A stretch of DNA of 62,904 bases, filler included, from Octopus bimaculoides (taxonomy: Eukaryota): NCBI RefSeq assembly GCF_001194135.2. It is 5 parts of 4 records of this genome, joined end to end, with 100 filler letters (N's around TTAATTAATTAA, not from the genome) between each part and the next. Parts side by side here need not be neighbours in the genome. Positions count along the whole stretch, not along the records: positions 46,882 to 57,916 come from NC_069000.1; positions 58,017 to 61,460 come from NC_068983.1; positions 61,561 to 62,904 come from NW_026318557.1; 2 more parts are not named here. One strand, 5' to 3'. Both the position numbers and the translations under genes were made by a program. Of the stretch, positions 51,755 through 62,904 are shown one piece after another. The notes under the pieces were generated by a model. That model made no database searches and was not told the origin of the DNA. It was given only the letters and a program-made list of their open reading frames with translations. How positions within the stretch are numbered: position 1 is the stretch's first letter; each line of letters begins with the position of its first letter.

Positions 51755-52210
51755 ACCAGCCGTATAGATGTAAACACAATTCCTTCTTCTTCCTTTCTTC
51801 CTTCTTTCTTTCCTTCTCTTTTCCATTCACACTCCTTTCAGATACACAGGCGCACACACACACACACACACACACACACTCGCACGCGCGCCCACGCACA
51901 CACACTCACAAAAACACACCCACACTCTCTCCCACTGGACAATGATGGCAACTCTTTGAAAAACAACTTTCTTCCAAACAATGCCACCTGGTTTTGCCAT
52001 TTTTAAAGGCTAAGAATAAACTTGTCCTTGAAAGAACAGACCAGCTGTAAACACAATTTTCTTCTTTCTACTTTCACCTTTCCTTCTCTTTCCCATTGAC
52101 ACTCTTTTCAGATACACAGGCACACACACACACACACACACGCACGCACACACACCAACACAAAAACACTCACATGCACAAACACACACACACTCTCTCT
52201 CTCACTTTTC
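51755..52210. repeat. ~280-bp diverged tandem duplication with CA tracts
   Basis: tgtaaacacaatt...ccatt.acactc.tttcagatacacagg occurs twice. Confidence 0.75.
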
Positions 52211-53547
52211 TCCCCATTCCTCACCCTCTTTTACTATCCTATATATCTACTATCCTATATATCCACTATTACACATTCAATAATACTATAAAAAGAGACA
52301 GATCCTCTGAAGTGAAATCATATTTGAAGAACCTTCAAGAATAGGTGCAAGCGCTAATATTTATAAAACATGTGACATATTAATAAAAATCTGTAAATGT
52401 ACAACCATCCAGATATCTGAGAACCTTATTATTTTTTCTAAGCAGATAAATCCATTCGTAATTTAATTAGCATAAACTGCGGAAAGCAGTTTAGCTACCG
52501 ATCTGTCTCTTGTTGAGGAATGTCAAGTTCGAAATCTACTGTTGTGATATATAAAATTTATTGAGGCAATATGACTTGCAGAAAATAACAACTGTATATA
52601 TATATATTTTTTGTAGATATTTCACACCATTATTGGAATAACTATGAAATTTAATTTCGCAGTTAAAAGGTTGAATGTCTATGCAAAAACAATGCTAGTT
52701 GCTCAGTAAAATAATGATCACTGGCAACTTTAATGGAAATCTGAAAACAATATCTTCAGCAGAAGTGAGAAAATTATACAGTAGAACTATTTTACGATAA
52801 TCCCAGAGTACTTAGCTTTTGGTGTTCTATAGAGTGGCGGATTTTGAAACAATATGGCAATAGTGGCTCCAAAGTATAAAGTAATCGGTGAGAATACAAT
52901 TCGAATGTACATTGTAACGAAATATGCAAATAAAAGCTGTTATATTCTGTAGCTTTTACTGTAAATACAGCGGACAAATACACTTTAGATTCAAGTAATA
53001 ATTATATTATTATAACAAAGCTTCATATTACCGATTATAGGAAAATGAAAGTAGAGAAAAAGAGTGATATCAATTTCTATAGGAGAGCGCCAAATTGGAG
53101 AAAAACTAGTCACAGACTTGAAATAATGTTATAGAGTTTGATCTGTAAAATAACATCGGTAGTTCGTGACTGCTTTTAGTTACTGAAGTGCTCGTTATTG
53201 TAGCAAAATTCTTCAGTTTGTTACTCCTTATGAGTACTCAGCTCTGATTGCAGAAATAAAAAGGCAGCTTTTCATTGATGAACTGCCTCATGAGTGAATT
53301 TATGCTGTGATCATTTGTTGATCTCAATAGATCGTACGATCTAGCGGCTGCATACTGATTCTTATATATTCTTTAAGACAAGAGATGGAAAACAGTAATT
53401 TATGAAATGTGTTCGGAGAAGACGACCAAAATATGGTCGGTACATTGAGTTATACATTTATTCAATTGTTTATTTATTTATTCATTTATTGCACTATGGA
53501 ATAACTGCCTGAAAACTGGTATAACAATTAAATTAAACTTTTGACAC

Positions 53548-53660
53548 ACAGATGGCGCCATGGCTGGGTGGGGAAGAAGCACATTTTCCAACTTAGAAGA
53601 GTGTCTTCTACTATAGCACCGAATTGAACAATGCTTATGTAAAAATTCCGAGAAGGAAAC
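53548..53660 (+). mobile_element. Decayed SINE family B 5' fragment
   Basis: ggcgccatggctg...gtgtcttctactatagc. Confidence 0.6.
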
Positions 53661-53782
53661 CGTGTATATATATAAAAATATGCATGCATGCATACATACA
53701 TACATATATACATACATATATACATATATATAAGAAAAAGTGAATGTATGAATAATTCACTTTCATAACGTACATGCATACA

Positions 53783-53814
<32 letters not shown>

Positions 53815-53833
53815 CAAGAAAAAGTCAATGTAT

Positions 53834-54309
53834 GAATAATTTATTTGTACGATATTAAAATGTTGAAAAGTTTTCTGAAAAAAGCATAACAATACAAATA
53901 AATTTATTATAAGCTGTAAAGCTAAATAAAAGTGTGAAAATCTTACATATATGTTTCAGTACTATCCCCTAGTTGAAGAGGAATTCTAAGCATTTGTTTA
54001 AATGGTATGAATGGTAACAGTTTTAAAAACTATATGGGTCAGTACCTCTTCAGGGTTATTATGCCCTTATAGATCTTAAGTTAACATTTTTCCTTTGAAG
54101 GATGGTAACCAAAGTTCTATAAACGCATACCATTCATAGCATTTAAACAAATACTTAGAATTTATCTTGAACTAGGGGATAGTACTGAAATATATATGTA
54201 GGATTTTCACACATTTTTTAAAGCTTTACAGCTTATAACTAATTTATTTGTATTGTTATGTTTTTTAAAAAACATTTCAGCATTTTTATATCATAAAAAT
54301 AAATTATTC
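53834..54309. mobile_element. Fold-back/MITE with ~180-bp arms
   Basis: 53834-~54017 is the reverse complement of ~54129-54309. Confidence 0.88.
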
Positions 54310-54712
54310 GAAGCAAGAGACCTGCCTCCCCTCTTACTCCCTCCCTTTTTAAACTTACAAATACATACACCAACATACGCCTCTACTACTTCATACTGTA
54401 AACACGCTCACCGCACACAATACTCATTCCTCAATTGAAAACCAGTAGTAGCCGCCACGATTCTGTCCCATTCTTCCTTGCTTTTGTCATGCATATATAT
54501 ATTTTCTCACCTTGAGCAAAAACATTTCGCCACCCTCTTCACTTCACATTATATTATCTCACTCCTTTATATTTTCTTTTTTCCATCTTTTAATACTTAT
54601 TTCTCCCTGCATTTATATTATTCTCTCCTACCATGCACTCTACACATTCTGTTTGAATCTTCCATAGGTTAACATGTATCTCCTTACGGCAATATAAACT
54701 TTCATTTAATCA

Positions 54713-54818
54713 AGATATCCTTGCCCTGAAGAGTAGCCTGCCGTATGCACCCCGCTTGGATATTTACCACGTCCGAGGTACCGCTCGCTATCAAACAAAT
54801 GTAGCCCGAATCATATCT
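54713..54818 (+). ncRNA. Type I hammerhead motif, predicted inactive (G12 to C)
   Basis: CUGAAGA; stem II GUAGC/GCUAU; CAAAC instead of GAAAC; GUA; distal stem I AGAUAU/AUAUCU. Confidence 0.65.
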
Positions 54819-55416
54819 ACTCCTCGCCTTAACTCTTATATACTTATTCACACAGCCGGCAAATCCCGGTCGCCTACCGTGAAATATAAAAAGAATTTTT
54901 TTCAGTTTATCGTACTTTGATACAAAAATAAAAGCCCAACATACCTTCTTAATAAACCACTATTGTCCCTGAAAGTTGTTTTTTTTTAATATTTACTACG
55001 GAATGCTTGGAGCTAACTTTCTTCCTACACCCCAATCCCTGGATCTGATATATATATATATATATATACATACATTCTCTCTTGCTTTCTTCATGCACAT
55101 ATATATATTTTCTCACTTCGACCCAAAACATTCTTGACCAAAAACCCTCTTCCCTCCATATTATATTTTTTTCTATTACCACTCCCCACGCTAATTTCTG
55201 TGATTTGATCAAAATAGACCCATTGAATACAACTGGTCAAATGACCTTGCTTAAATTCCTCATTCCTCTCTCACCCTTATATTTTTCTTTTTTCCTTGTT
55301 TTAATCCTTATTTCTCCCTACATTTATATTCTCCTCTCTCACTGTGTTCCCTACACATTCTGATTACATGTGTTAACATGTAATTCCTTGCGACAATATA
55401 AACTTTAATTTAATCA

Positions 55417-55522
55417 AGATATCGTTGGCCTGAAGAGTAATCTGCGGTATACACCTTGTTTTGATGTTTACTATTTCTGAGGCTCCGCTCCCTATGAAAC
55501 ATATGTAGCCCTGATGTTATCT
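55417..55522 (+). ncRNA. Type I hammerhead motif with intact catalytic core
   Basis: GGC-CUGAAGA-GUA...UAU-GAAAC-AUAU-GUA-GCC; palindromic stem III ACAUAUGU; distal stem I AGAUA/UAUCU. Confidence 0.7.
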
Positions 55523-55837
55523 ACTCCATTCCTTAACCCTTGCATGTACATATATATATATATATATATGTACATTTTCGATTACTGGGCTCTCATCAGA
55601 GGCGTCTACATCATTCTGACAGTCTCCTGAGAAACAGCCACCAAAACCACTGCATATATACCCAACAAATGCAGCAGTTACTCTATGAAGGAGCCCCTAA
55701 TTTGCATACCGAAAAGGTTTAACACTCAATAAATACCAGCGGCCTAAGATATATATATATAAGAAATGTTTATAAGAAANNNNNNNNNNNNNNNNNNNNN
55801 NNNNNNNNNNNNNNNNNNNNNNNNNNNNNNNNNNNNN

Positions 55838-55868
<31 letters not shown>

Positions 55869-55899
55869 ACATATTACCGTGTGTCTTTGTATGTGTGTA

Positions 55900-56095
55900 T
55901 CTCACTCAATCTCACCACTCTACTACCGGTGTGGGCTTATTTGTGCTCTCGTGCTCTCGTAACTTAGCGGTATGGCAAAACTACAGAGAGGAGTGTGAAA
56001 CGTAAGGAAAACGTAAACACTGGTTCGATTTGTTTGAGTAAAACCCCTCAATGCGATTTCGTAGCATAGCTACAGTTCAGTGGCGGAAAAAGAAT
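55900..56095 (+). mobile_element. Decayed SINE family B 3' fragment
   Basis: ccggtgtgg...gtaacttagcggt...ggttcgatttgtttgagtaaaa...gcatagctacagt. Confidence 0.55.
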
Positions 56096-57181
56096 TATAA
56101 GAATAGGAAGAATAAAAGGATTGAATAAAAATTTTCAAGCAACAGAAATATCTCTACCAATACTGGCTGTCTTGTTAGATCATGTTTATAAATGTCTTTC
56201 ATTGATGAATAATGAACAAAAGCAAAATACCAAAGAAGTACAATTCCAGATTGAAATGTTGACATCATTTGGGGCATAAAGAAGTAGAAGAGTCTCAGCC
56301 AGTTTTACATATTAAACTAAGAAAAAATATTTTTCGGATTTTTATAACTGTTCACTGATCAGATTATGTAGATACAAGGTAGAGGTGTGATCAGAATGGA
56401 GTGAGATATATCCTACTGCTATTTCTAGAGTTGTCAGAAAAGTTGATTTTCTGTCTTCCATACCATTCTAAACAGACAGCATCTTCTCCGCAACCGGTTT
56501 TCATATCAATAAGCTACTTGAACAGATTGACAATTGTCACAGCAAACAATATTGTATTGCTGAATAAACTAAATGAAACACGTGAAACAAGTGTTGAATG
56601 ACGTCACATCACATTAAAAATGAATATCCACATAATTAGTAACTTAAACAATAATTGTGTGATATTCATCGTTCAAACTGTTATTGTTTAACGTATACAT
56701 GTAATTTTGCATTAAGAAAACGTTTTCGAGAATCACTACATTGTTTCCCGTTATTCGTAGTCGTTAAGTACCAATATGGCTTTGTTGATATTTACATTGT
56801 TGCCATAATTATATTAACACAAGAACATGTTCCTTGATTGTAGGATAATTTTAAATATTTCGTGTTGAAACCTTACGAAATACGAAGTGGTTGTCAAACT
56901 TAATTGTGTTACTTAGTTTTATATTTGCATAACGTTAAATGTTAAATTATAAAAAAAACAACAGTGAATTCAAAACGATTTGGGATTAACAATCTCAAAG
57001 TAGGTAAGTGTGTGTGTGAGGTGAAGGTTTGTGTTTCGACGAGGAATCACGACTTTGTATAATTGGTGATGCAAAGCTATTTAATTTTCGATTGTTTGGC
57101 TTCCCAAGTACTCCACCATTGATTTTTGGGTCTTTGTATGTATGGATATCTGAACACAAACACCCGCACACGCACACATAC

Positions 57182-57238
<57 letters not shown>

Positions 57239-57579
57239 TAATCTGTTTCTGTCAATAGACTGCAGTCATACTTGGGCACTATTAGACAATTGATTCGGCC
57301 CCAGTGCTTTTTTTTAAAGCCTGATACTAATTCAATAGCTCTCGTCTCACGGAAACCCTAGGCTACAGAAATGTAAACAAACCAAGACTGGTTGTCAAAT
57401 ACAAACACGCACACACAAGCACACACATACATACACACACACACACAAACACGTATATACATATATAAATATAAGATCCAGGGATCGAGGTATAAGTAAG
57501 AAGTTAGCTTCAAACAATCCGTAGTAAATATATATATTAAAAAAAACAACTTGTAGGGACAATTAAGATGAAAGGTTTA

Positions 57580-57735
57580 TTGAGACGGGTTGTTGTGGAT
57601 TCTTTCGTATCGAAGTACGATAAACTGAATAAGTTCCTGTTATATTTCACAGTAGGCGACCGGGGTTGCCGGGTGAGCTAATAAGAATACAAGAGTTAAG
57701 GAATGGAGTAAATATCCCATTATTTAACTCTTGTA
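57580..57735 (-). mobile_element. Inverted third copy of the 54.5-55.5 kb repeat family, ending in a 19-bp snap-back
   Basis: Reverse complement matches 54813-54940 (ccggcaa.cccggtcgcctac.gtgaaatataa...tcagtttatcgtact); hairpin 57688-57735. Confidence 0.8.
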
Positions 57736-57749
57736 TATATATATATATA

Positions 57750-57916
57750 TATATATATCAATTTTTTTCTCCGTGTTTTTCTCCTTGTCTCCGTATTCTT
57801 TCTGTTGAAGAGCGTAGCTCGAAACGTCAAAGACTTTCCGTATTCCCGAGCGTCATACTAATATATCCTTTTGTTATTTACACCACCTGTCCTCGTCTGT
57901 TGTTATTATTTGTATA
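57750..57916 (+). mobile_element. Short (TA)n-embedded repeat with a minimal hammerhead motif
   Basis: Homologous to 2300-2471 (minus). Confidence 0.7.
57797..57833 (+). ncRNA. Minimal type I hammerhead-like motif (non-canonical core CUGUUGA)
   Basis: UCUUU-CUGUUGA-A-GAGC-GUA-GCUC-GAAAC-GUC-AAAGA; 5-bp stem I. Confidence 0.62.
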
Positions 57917-59291
57917 NNNNNNNNNNNNNNNNNNNNNNNNNNNNNNNNNNNNNNNNNNNNTTAATTAATTAANNNNNNNNNNNNNNNNNNNNNNNNNNNN
58001 NNNNNNNNNNNNNNNNATATATATATACATATATGTGTGTGTGCATATATATGCTTATATATTTATATATGTATGTATATATCTATGTTTCTATATATAT
58101 AGAGAGTTGGGGTGGAGAGACAGAGAGAACCAGAACAAGAGGCATGCATAAACAAACGCTCAGATAAAGCATTCAAAGTTGGCAACTATTGCAGAACTCT
58201 GCTAAAGAGAGGTGAATTAACTCGTAGCGTTAAATTACGTAGAGGCAATATAATGAAGGATTTCAGTTCAGAACATATCATGTAATTCTTTATAAGAAAA
58301 TGGAGCATATATATCATGCATGCTGGAAGAGCATCCTCAGAATTAGTCTAACATATAAAAAATGGACACAAGGAAAGGAATAAAATATTAGGTATAAGTA
58401 CTCGTACTAATTACAATATACACCGTCAATAAATGAAAGTAGTTGCCAAATATGTAAGGAAACTAAACTAAACCCATTTCAAGAGGGGCTGACACGGGGG
58501 CAACAGCAATGGAGAGCACTGGTTAACCTGGTCAGCTCTACGCACTTGGCAGTGATTAAATATGTTTGAGTGAAAGCCAACAGTTGTTTAATGTCATTTT
58601 CGTAAAACTTTTCCCGATTTGTTATTTTATTATTATTAGTGAACGCTGGCGTTTTAGGTTTTCGTTTTTGTTTAGTTTTGTTATTTAATATGCATTCTCA
58701 CCGGTACTTGATCTGTATTCATGAATTACGTTCTATTTTTAGTTTCCATTATTGTAACTTTCAAGTCACATACATATATTGCATTTTTTGTAAGTGATCT
58801 AATTCTATTTCTAAGATATTACTATGCATATGTATGTCCAGAAATTATCGAGAGATTTGGAGTAAACAATCATTTTTAAAGCAGCGTTACTTTCTTCACA
58901 AATTTCCTGTGAAATTTTTCGCGTAATATCGAGCTTGTTTATTGCTAGCTAAGAAGCATATCTATGTCATGCATATTTATTTTTCATCTATATATTTATC
59001 TTTGCTGATATATTTTCAAGATTGTAAGTAATGCTAAGCAACTTAACCCAAAATTTTTCAGGGGAAATATGTCATGTGTGTTTCACAGCGCATAGTGTTT
59101 CACGTTCGAGTGTCCTTTTTATGTAATAAAATTCAAAGGAAAAAATTACCCTTGCACTTTGGGATGAATAATGGAGCTTTCATGGTGGGATGAATCTGTC
59201 TGGTGCTGATGAAACGTCGTTTCCTTCAATATATGAATAATATAGAGTATTGCTCATTGTATGAAACTTTGTTACCTTTGGCTGATATGAG

Positions 59292-59341
<50 letters not shown>

Positions 59342-59655
59342 CCAGTGTGTTTGTCCCTCTACGTATGTTTGTATGTATTTATTTTCCCCTCTCCCCCCTC
59401 TCCTCCTTTACTACCTCCACCTCCTATCCCTAGCCCCCTCTCACACCTCATCCCTCTCATACCTCATCCCTCTCACCCCTCCTCTCTGTGTATTATATAT
59501 ATATATATATACGTACCTGCTCGCATGGGCGTTATGTGTGTGTGTGCGCCAGTGTTTGTGTTCATGTTTAATCCGGTTCAGTGACCGTTATTGTTATGGT
59601 TGAAGTGAGATGGATTCAATCATGGTGTCTGATGTTCATTTCACTTTTGTTTTAG

Positions 59656-59745
59656 CAACTCCTGTGTTGATATAAGGGAACCAAATAGATGTTATCACTT
59701 CTTTGAACAGCAATGTCGGCACGGTGGACAAGTCTTGTTGAATAA
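59656..59745 (+). CDS. Candidate 90-nt exon: (x)NSCVDIREPNRCYHFFEQQCRHGGQVLLN(K)
   Basis: Acceptor ttcacttttgttttag; only the phase-2 frame is open; weak donor AA|GTATCT. Confidence 0.28.
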
Positions 59746-61426
59746 GTATCTATTAAAAATTAGCGACGATTGTACAAACATAGGTTTATAAAATGAGGCC
59801 TAGACTGAAGGGTAAAACACAAAATCATCTGAACTAGTAATTCATAAATATTAACAAATTATTTTTCTTGAGTTTCCGGTGTCGTAGATATTGTGCAATT
59901 GTAATATAACCAGCAGTGGTTAAAATGTCTGTGTGTAGTTGTCTACATGAATCATCATTATTTTATAATAAACCATGTAAAATGAACAGATAGATACACA
60001 ACATTAAATATATTGTTGTAAAACACACCACAGGAATATCGCACATGCCTATTTTCACATGATCTACTTACATATGAATAAAATAATCTCTTCCCAAGAA
60101 TTCAACACATAGGTGGATTTCGATCTGTCTGAAAGAAATACTAATTTATTGGCTGTAGGCTTCAATATATCTACTGTTTATTTGAGTGGTAGTATATCTG
60201 CTTATATAAATAAAACTTTAATAATACTGTAATTACGCAGAAATGAGATACATTGAATAAATATGCATCCGTTACTTTCTGATAAGTGTAGAGAGCTGTG
60301 GAAAAAAAGAAAAATTGGTTATGTAATACAAATTACATATATATTTAATCAGGCATACTTGACAGTAATTTAATAATAGTTATGTGTAGATCCAAACTGA
60401 TTTATGACATATGCTTATGGTTAAATCCTTTCATGAGTTTATCGTCATTATTTCGAGTTATGAACATATTTTATGTCCAATTTTATTAGAGTGACATTAT
60501 TTCTTTTCTATATGTTGTGCACCGCAATGAAGTTTATTTTTGTCAAAGTATTTCTACAATAAATAAATAAATAAATAATAAATAAAAAGGATTGACGAAA
60601 ACATACAAAACATAATACTAAACCTAACACAGAATGGAATAGTGGAAACTACGGAAGACCAGATCTGTTCTTCATATTTTCTTTTAACAGCGAAATCCTC
60701 AGAGTTACAGTACTGGCTACCATAACTTCGTCCATTTCCATTTCTAATTTATGTTTTATTTTATTTTTATTTTCTATTGCTAAGATAACCAATTTTACAA
60801 TCTCTCATAAAGTCATCTTTCTATACATTCATTCAATAGATCTCGTTCAATTATTGATCCAAGCCCAATGTTTGCTGCTTTGACATGACTGAAAATTAAT
60901 CTTTGGGATTATGTGGATTATCTTGATTGAATCCTTCTGAAGCAGGGCCAGGCCACAACAGTGAATATAACAATTGATGCAAACAGTAAGCAGAAATGAC
61001 AAGGTATTTATTGTCCAAGCTGCTAAGGACAGAATAGAAGAAGAAGTGAGTCGTCATGGTAACAGTAGCATACTGTAAATCGGATGATGAATGATGATTA
61101 TTTGCACAGAAACCTGAGAGTTCTGCTTTATGTTACAGAAGTTATCAGAAAAGAGGAAGATGTAGAAGATAAAGGATGATAAAAAGAAAAATATGAAAAA
61201 AGATGTGGAAGTAGAGAAATGATAATAAAAACTTACAAAAGCAGAGAAAAGTAAAAGCACAAACAAAACAATGACATGAAATGAATTCAGTAGACAAGAA
61301 TGAAAGATTGTAAGCAAAGTAAATAATTATTTCACTATAAAATGTTCTTCTACGAATTAGAGAATAAAAAACTTTTACCAACACTCATAACTTCATTTGG
61401 AGACGTGTGTGTGTATATATATATAT

Positions 61427-61460
<34 letters not shown>

Positions 61461-62289
61461 NNNNNNNNNNNNNNNNNNNNNNNNNNNNNNNNNNNNNNNN
61501 NNNNTTAATTAATTAANNNNNNNNNNNNNNNNNNNNNNNNNNNNNNNNNNNNNNNNNNNNTTGTTTAAAATGATTTCTACAGCGTATATAACAATGATCA
61601 ACATATGTTTCTACTGTAGTAACTGTACATTGCTCTTTATGCAATTATGCATCCTAATCGGTGAAATCCCCTCAAGGGACAGTCATCTAATTACATGATT
61701 CAATTTTTCCTTACATTTATCTAAAATGATTTAATTTGAATATTTCAAATATAATTATTTGATTGACGTTCCCCTATCCAAATGGAGACAGCTTTTTGGC
61801 AAAACAGCTCAAATAGTACTTACAGGAGGTACGCATCTTGGTTTTTAAATACACACGCACACGCGCGCGCACACACATTCGGGATAAATTTCACATTTTG
61901 CATAAAATGTAAACAAAACACATTATCACATCTGAAAATTAATGTATTTTAAAGATTAAAAGAAAATATCCACCAGATTAAGGCTGGGAGATGAGATAAC
62001 AGCATATTCAAACAGCCATTCTCAGCTTCCAGCACGGCCCTCAGATGACTCAGAAATCTAGCGCATATCTTCCTCACTACATACTAGGAAGCTTCTTGAA
62101 CACCTCCTTGATTTTGGTCATCAGCTCGGCCTCAACGTTTTAAGCGGTGCGGTTGATATCTTTCTCATCAGTGTCCCTCACATAGTAATATACGGGATTA
62201 TAAAGAGGCGAAATAAGAAGACAGGAATTGGTGCTAGTGGAGTTCTAGAAATTCTCTGACACCCACTTGTGGTCTTTCTTGAAGTATGA

Positions 62290-62904
62290 ATGACAATGAG
62301 CCAAATCTTGCTACCGTACACATATATTCTTCCAGCGGCAACCATCTCTAGCGATGGTTTGATCGATGACTCCAGTACTTAACCATCTGAATTGAGCCTA
62401 AAACCTTCTTCGAAATAGTTAATAGGCTTTGATATTTTTTCCTTCAATGTTTCCCCAATTTTTAGCACAACAATAACAAACAAGTTGCANNNNNNNNNNA
62501 TTCAAATTGAAGCAAAAATTGACTGCATTCATCTATTATCCAGAGAAATTTTACCTAGCATGACAACGCTTGAAAAATAACCTCCATAAAAAAGAAGGCA
62601 TCCTCTAGATGCGGTCAATGTGCGTAGTTGCATCGCTATTTCAGATGCGTTTCCAGTACTCAAATATTCTCTCCTTTAAGCCTCCTAGAATGTCAGAAGT
62701 CTTTTGGGGGCTGAAATATCTTCAGGTCTTAATATCATAGTAAGGTTCAGTATGGGAGCGACTTTGTGGACTCTATTAAAGTTATCTTTGTGATTGGAGG
62801 GTGTGTGTAGAGCTGAACTCTTTTTCTTGTATGCATAGCATTTCAAGTATTTCTTGTTAAAAGTAACAAGATTGGCTTGCATTAAAAAGAGAATTGCATC
62901 AAGA
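62290..62904 (-). pseudogene. piggyBac-like transposase relic
   Basis: HKDNFNRVHKVAPILN resembles the piggyBac DK..KVRPL region; KPINYFEEGFRLNSDG resembles KPIRFGFK.W.L.S.DGY; many stops. Confidence 0.5.

Larger units (their letters stand above)
54470..55545 (+). mobile_element. Two diverged direct copies of a hammerhead-bearing repeat (PLE pseudo-LTR or retrozyme-like)
   Basis: 54470-54840 aligns with 55074-55545 (about 100 extra nt in copy 2); shared ctacacattctg...gttaacatgta...caatataaacttt.atttaatcaagatatc. Confidence 0.8.

Noticed and set aside
59205-59225. CUGAUGAAACGUC
   Set aside because: Stem II is absent and there is no stem I pairing.

Overview
AT-rich, microsatellite-dense animal genomic DNA with many N gaps. 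The SINE families point to an octopus (inference from family recognition, not a database search). No complete host gene is visible. One well-supported plus-strand coding exon (9924-10064) and a few weaker candidates suggest much of the window is intronic. Recognisable mobile DNA: two tRNA-derived SINE families (many copies), two RLE-type (R4/NeSL-like) LINE 3' fragments, an RTE-like LINE, two CR1/L2-like 3' ends, Penelope-like (PLE) RT/GIY-YIG remnants, mariner and Tc1-like relics, a piggyBac relic, a Helitron-type terminus and several long fold-back elements. The most notable signal is a dense set of type I hammerhead-ribozyme (HHR) motifs in several unrelated short repeats: a complete fold at 13038-13112; a direct-repeat pair 704 nt apart (54713-54818, 55417-55522); a minimal dimer-type family inside (TA)n tracts, two copies of which share a non-canonical CUGUYGA core (2389-2424, 57797-57833; relative at 14662-14700); and an inverted copy that starts about 10 nt after the cleavage site and ends in a snap-back hairpin. 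Also notable: a 79-nt pre-miRNA-like hairpin (11913-11991) and an unexplained ~143-codon CpG-rich open frame (18770-19200, minus). All folds and alignments were done by eye and repeat boundaries are approximate.
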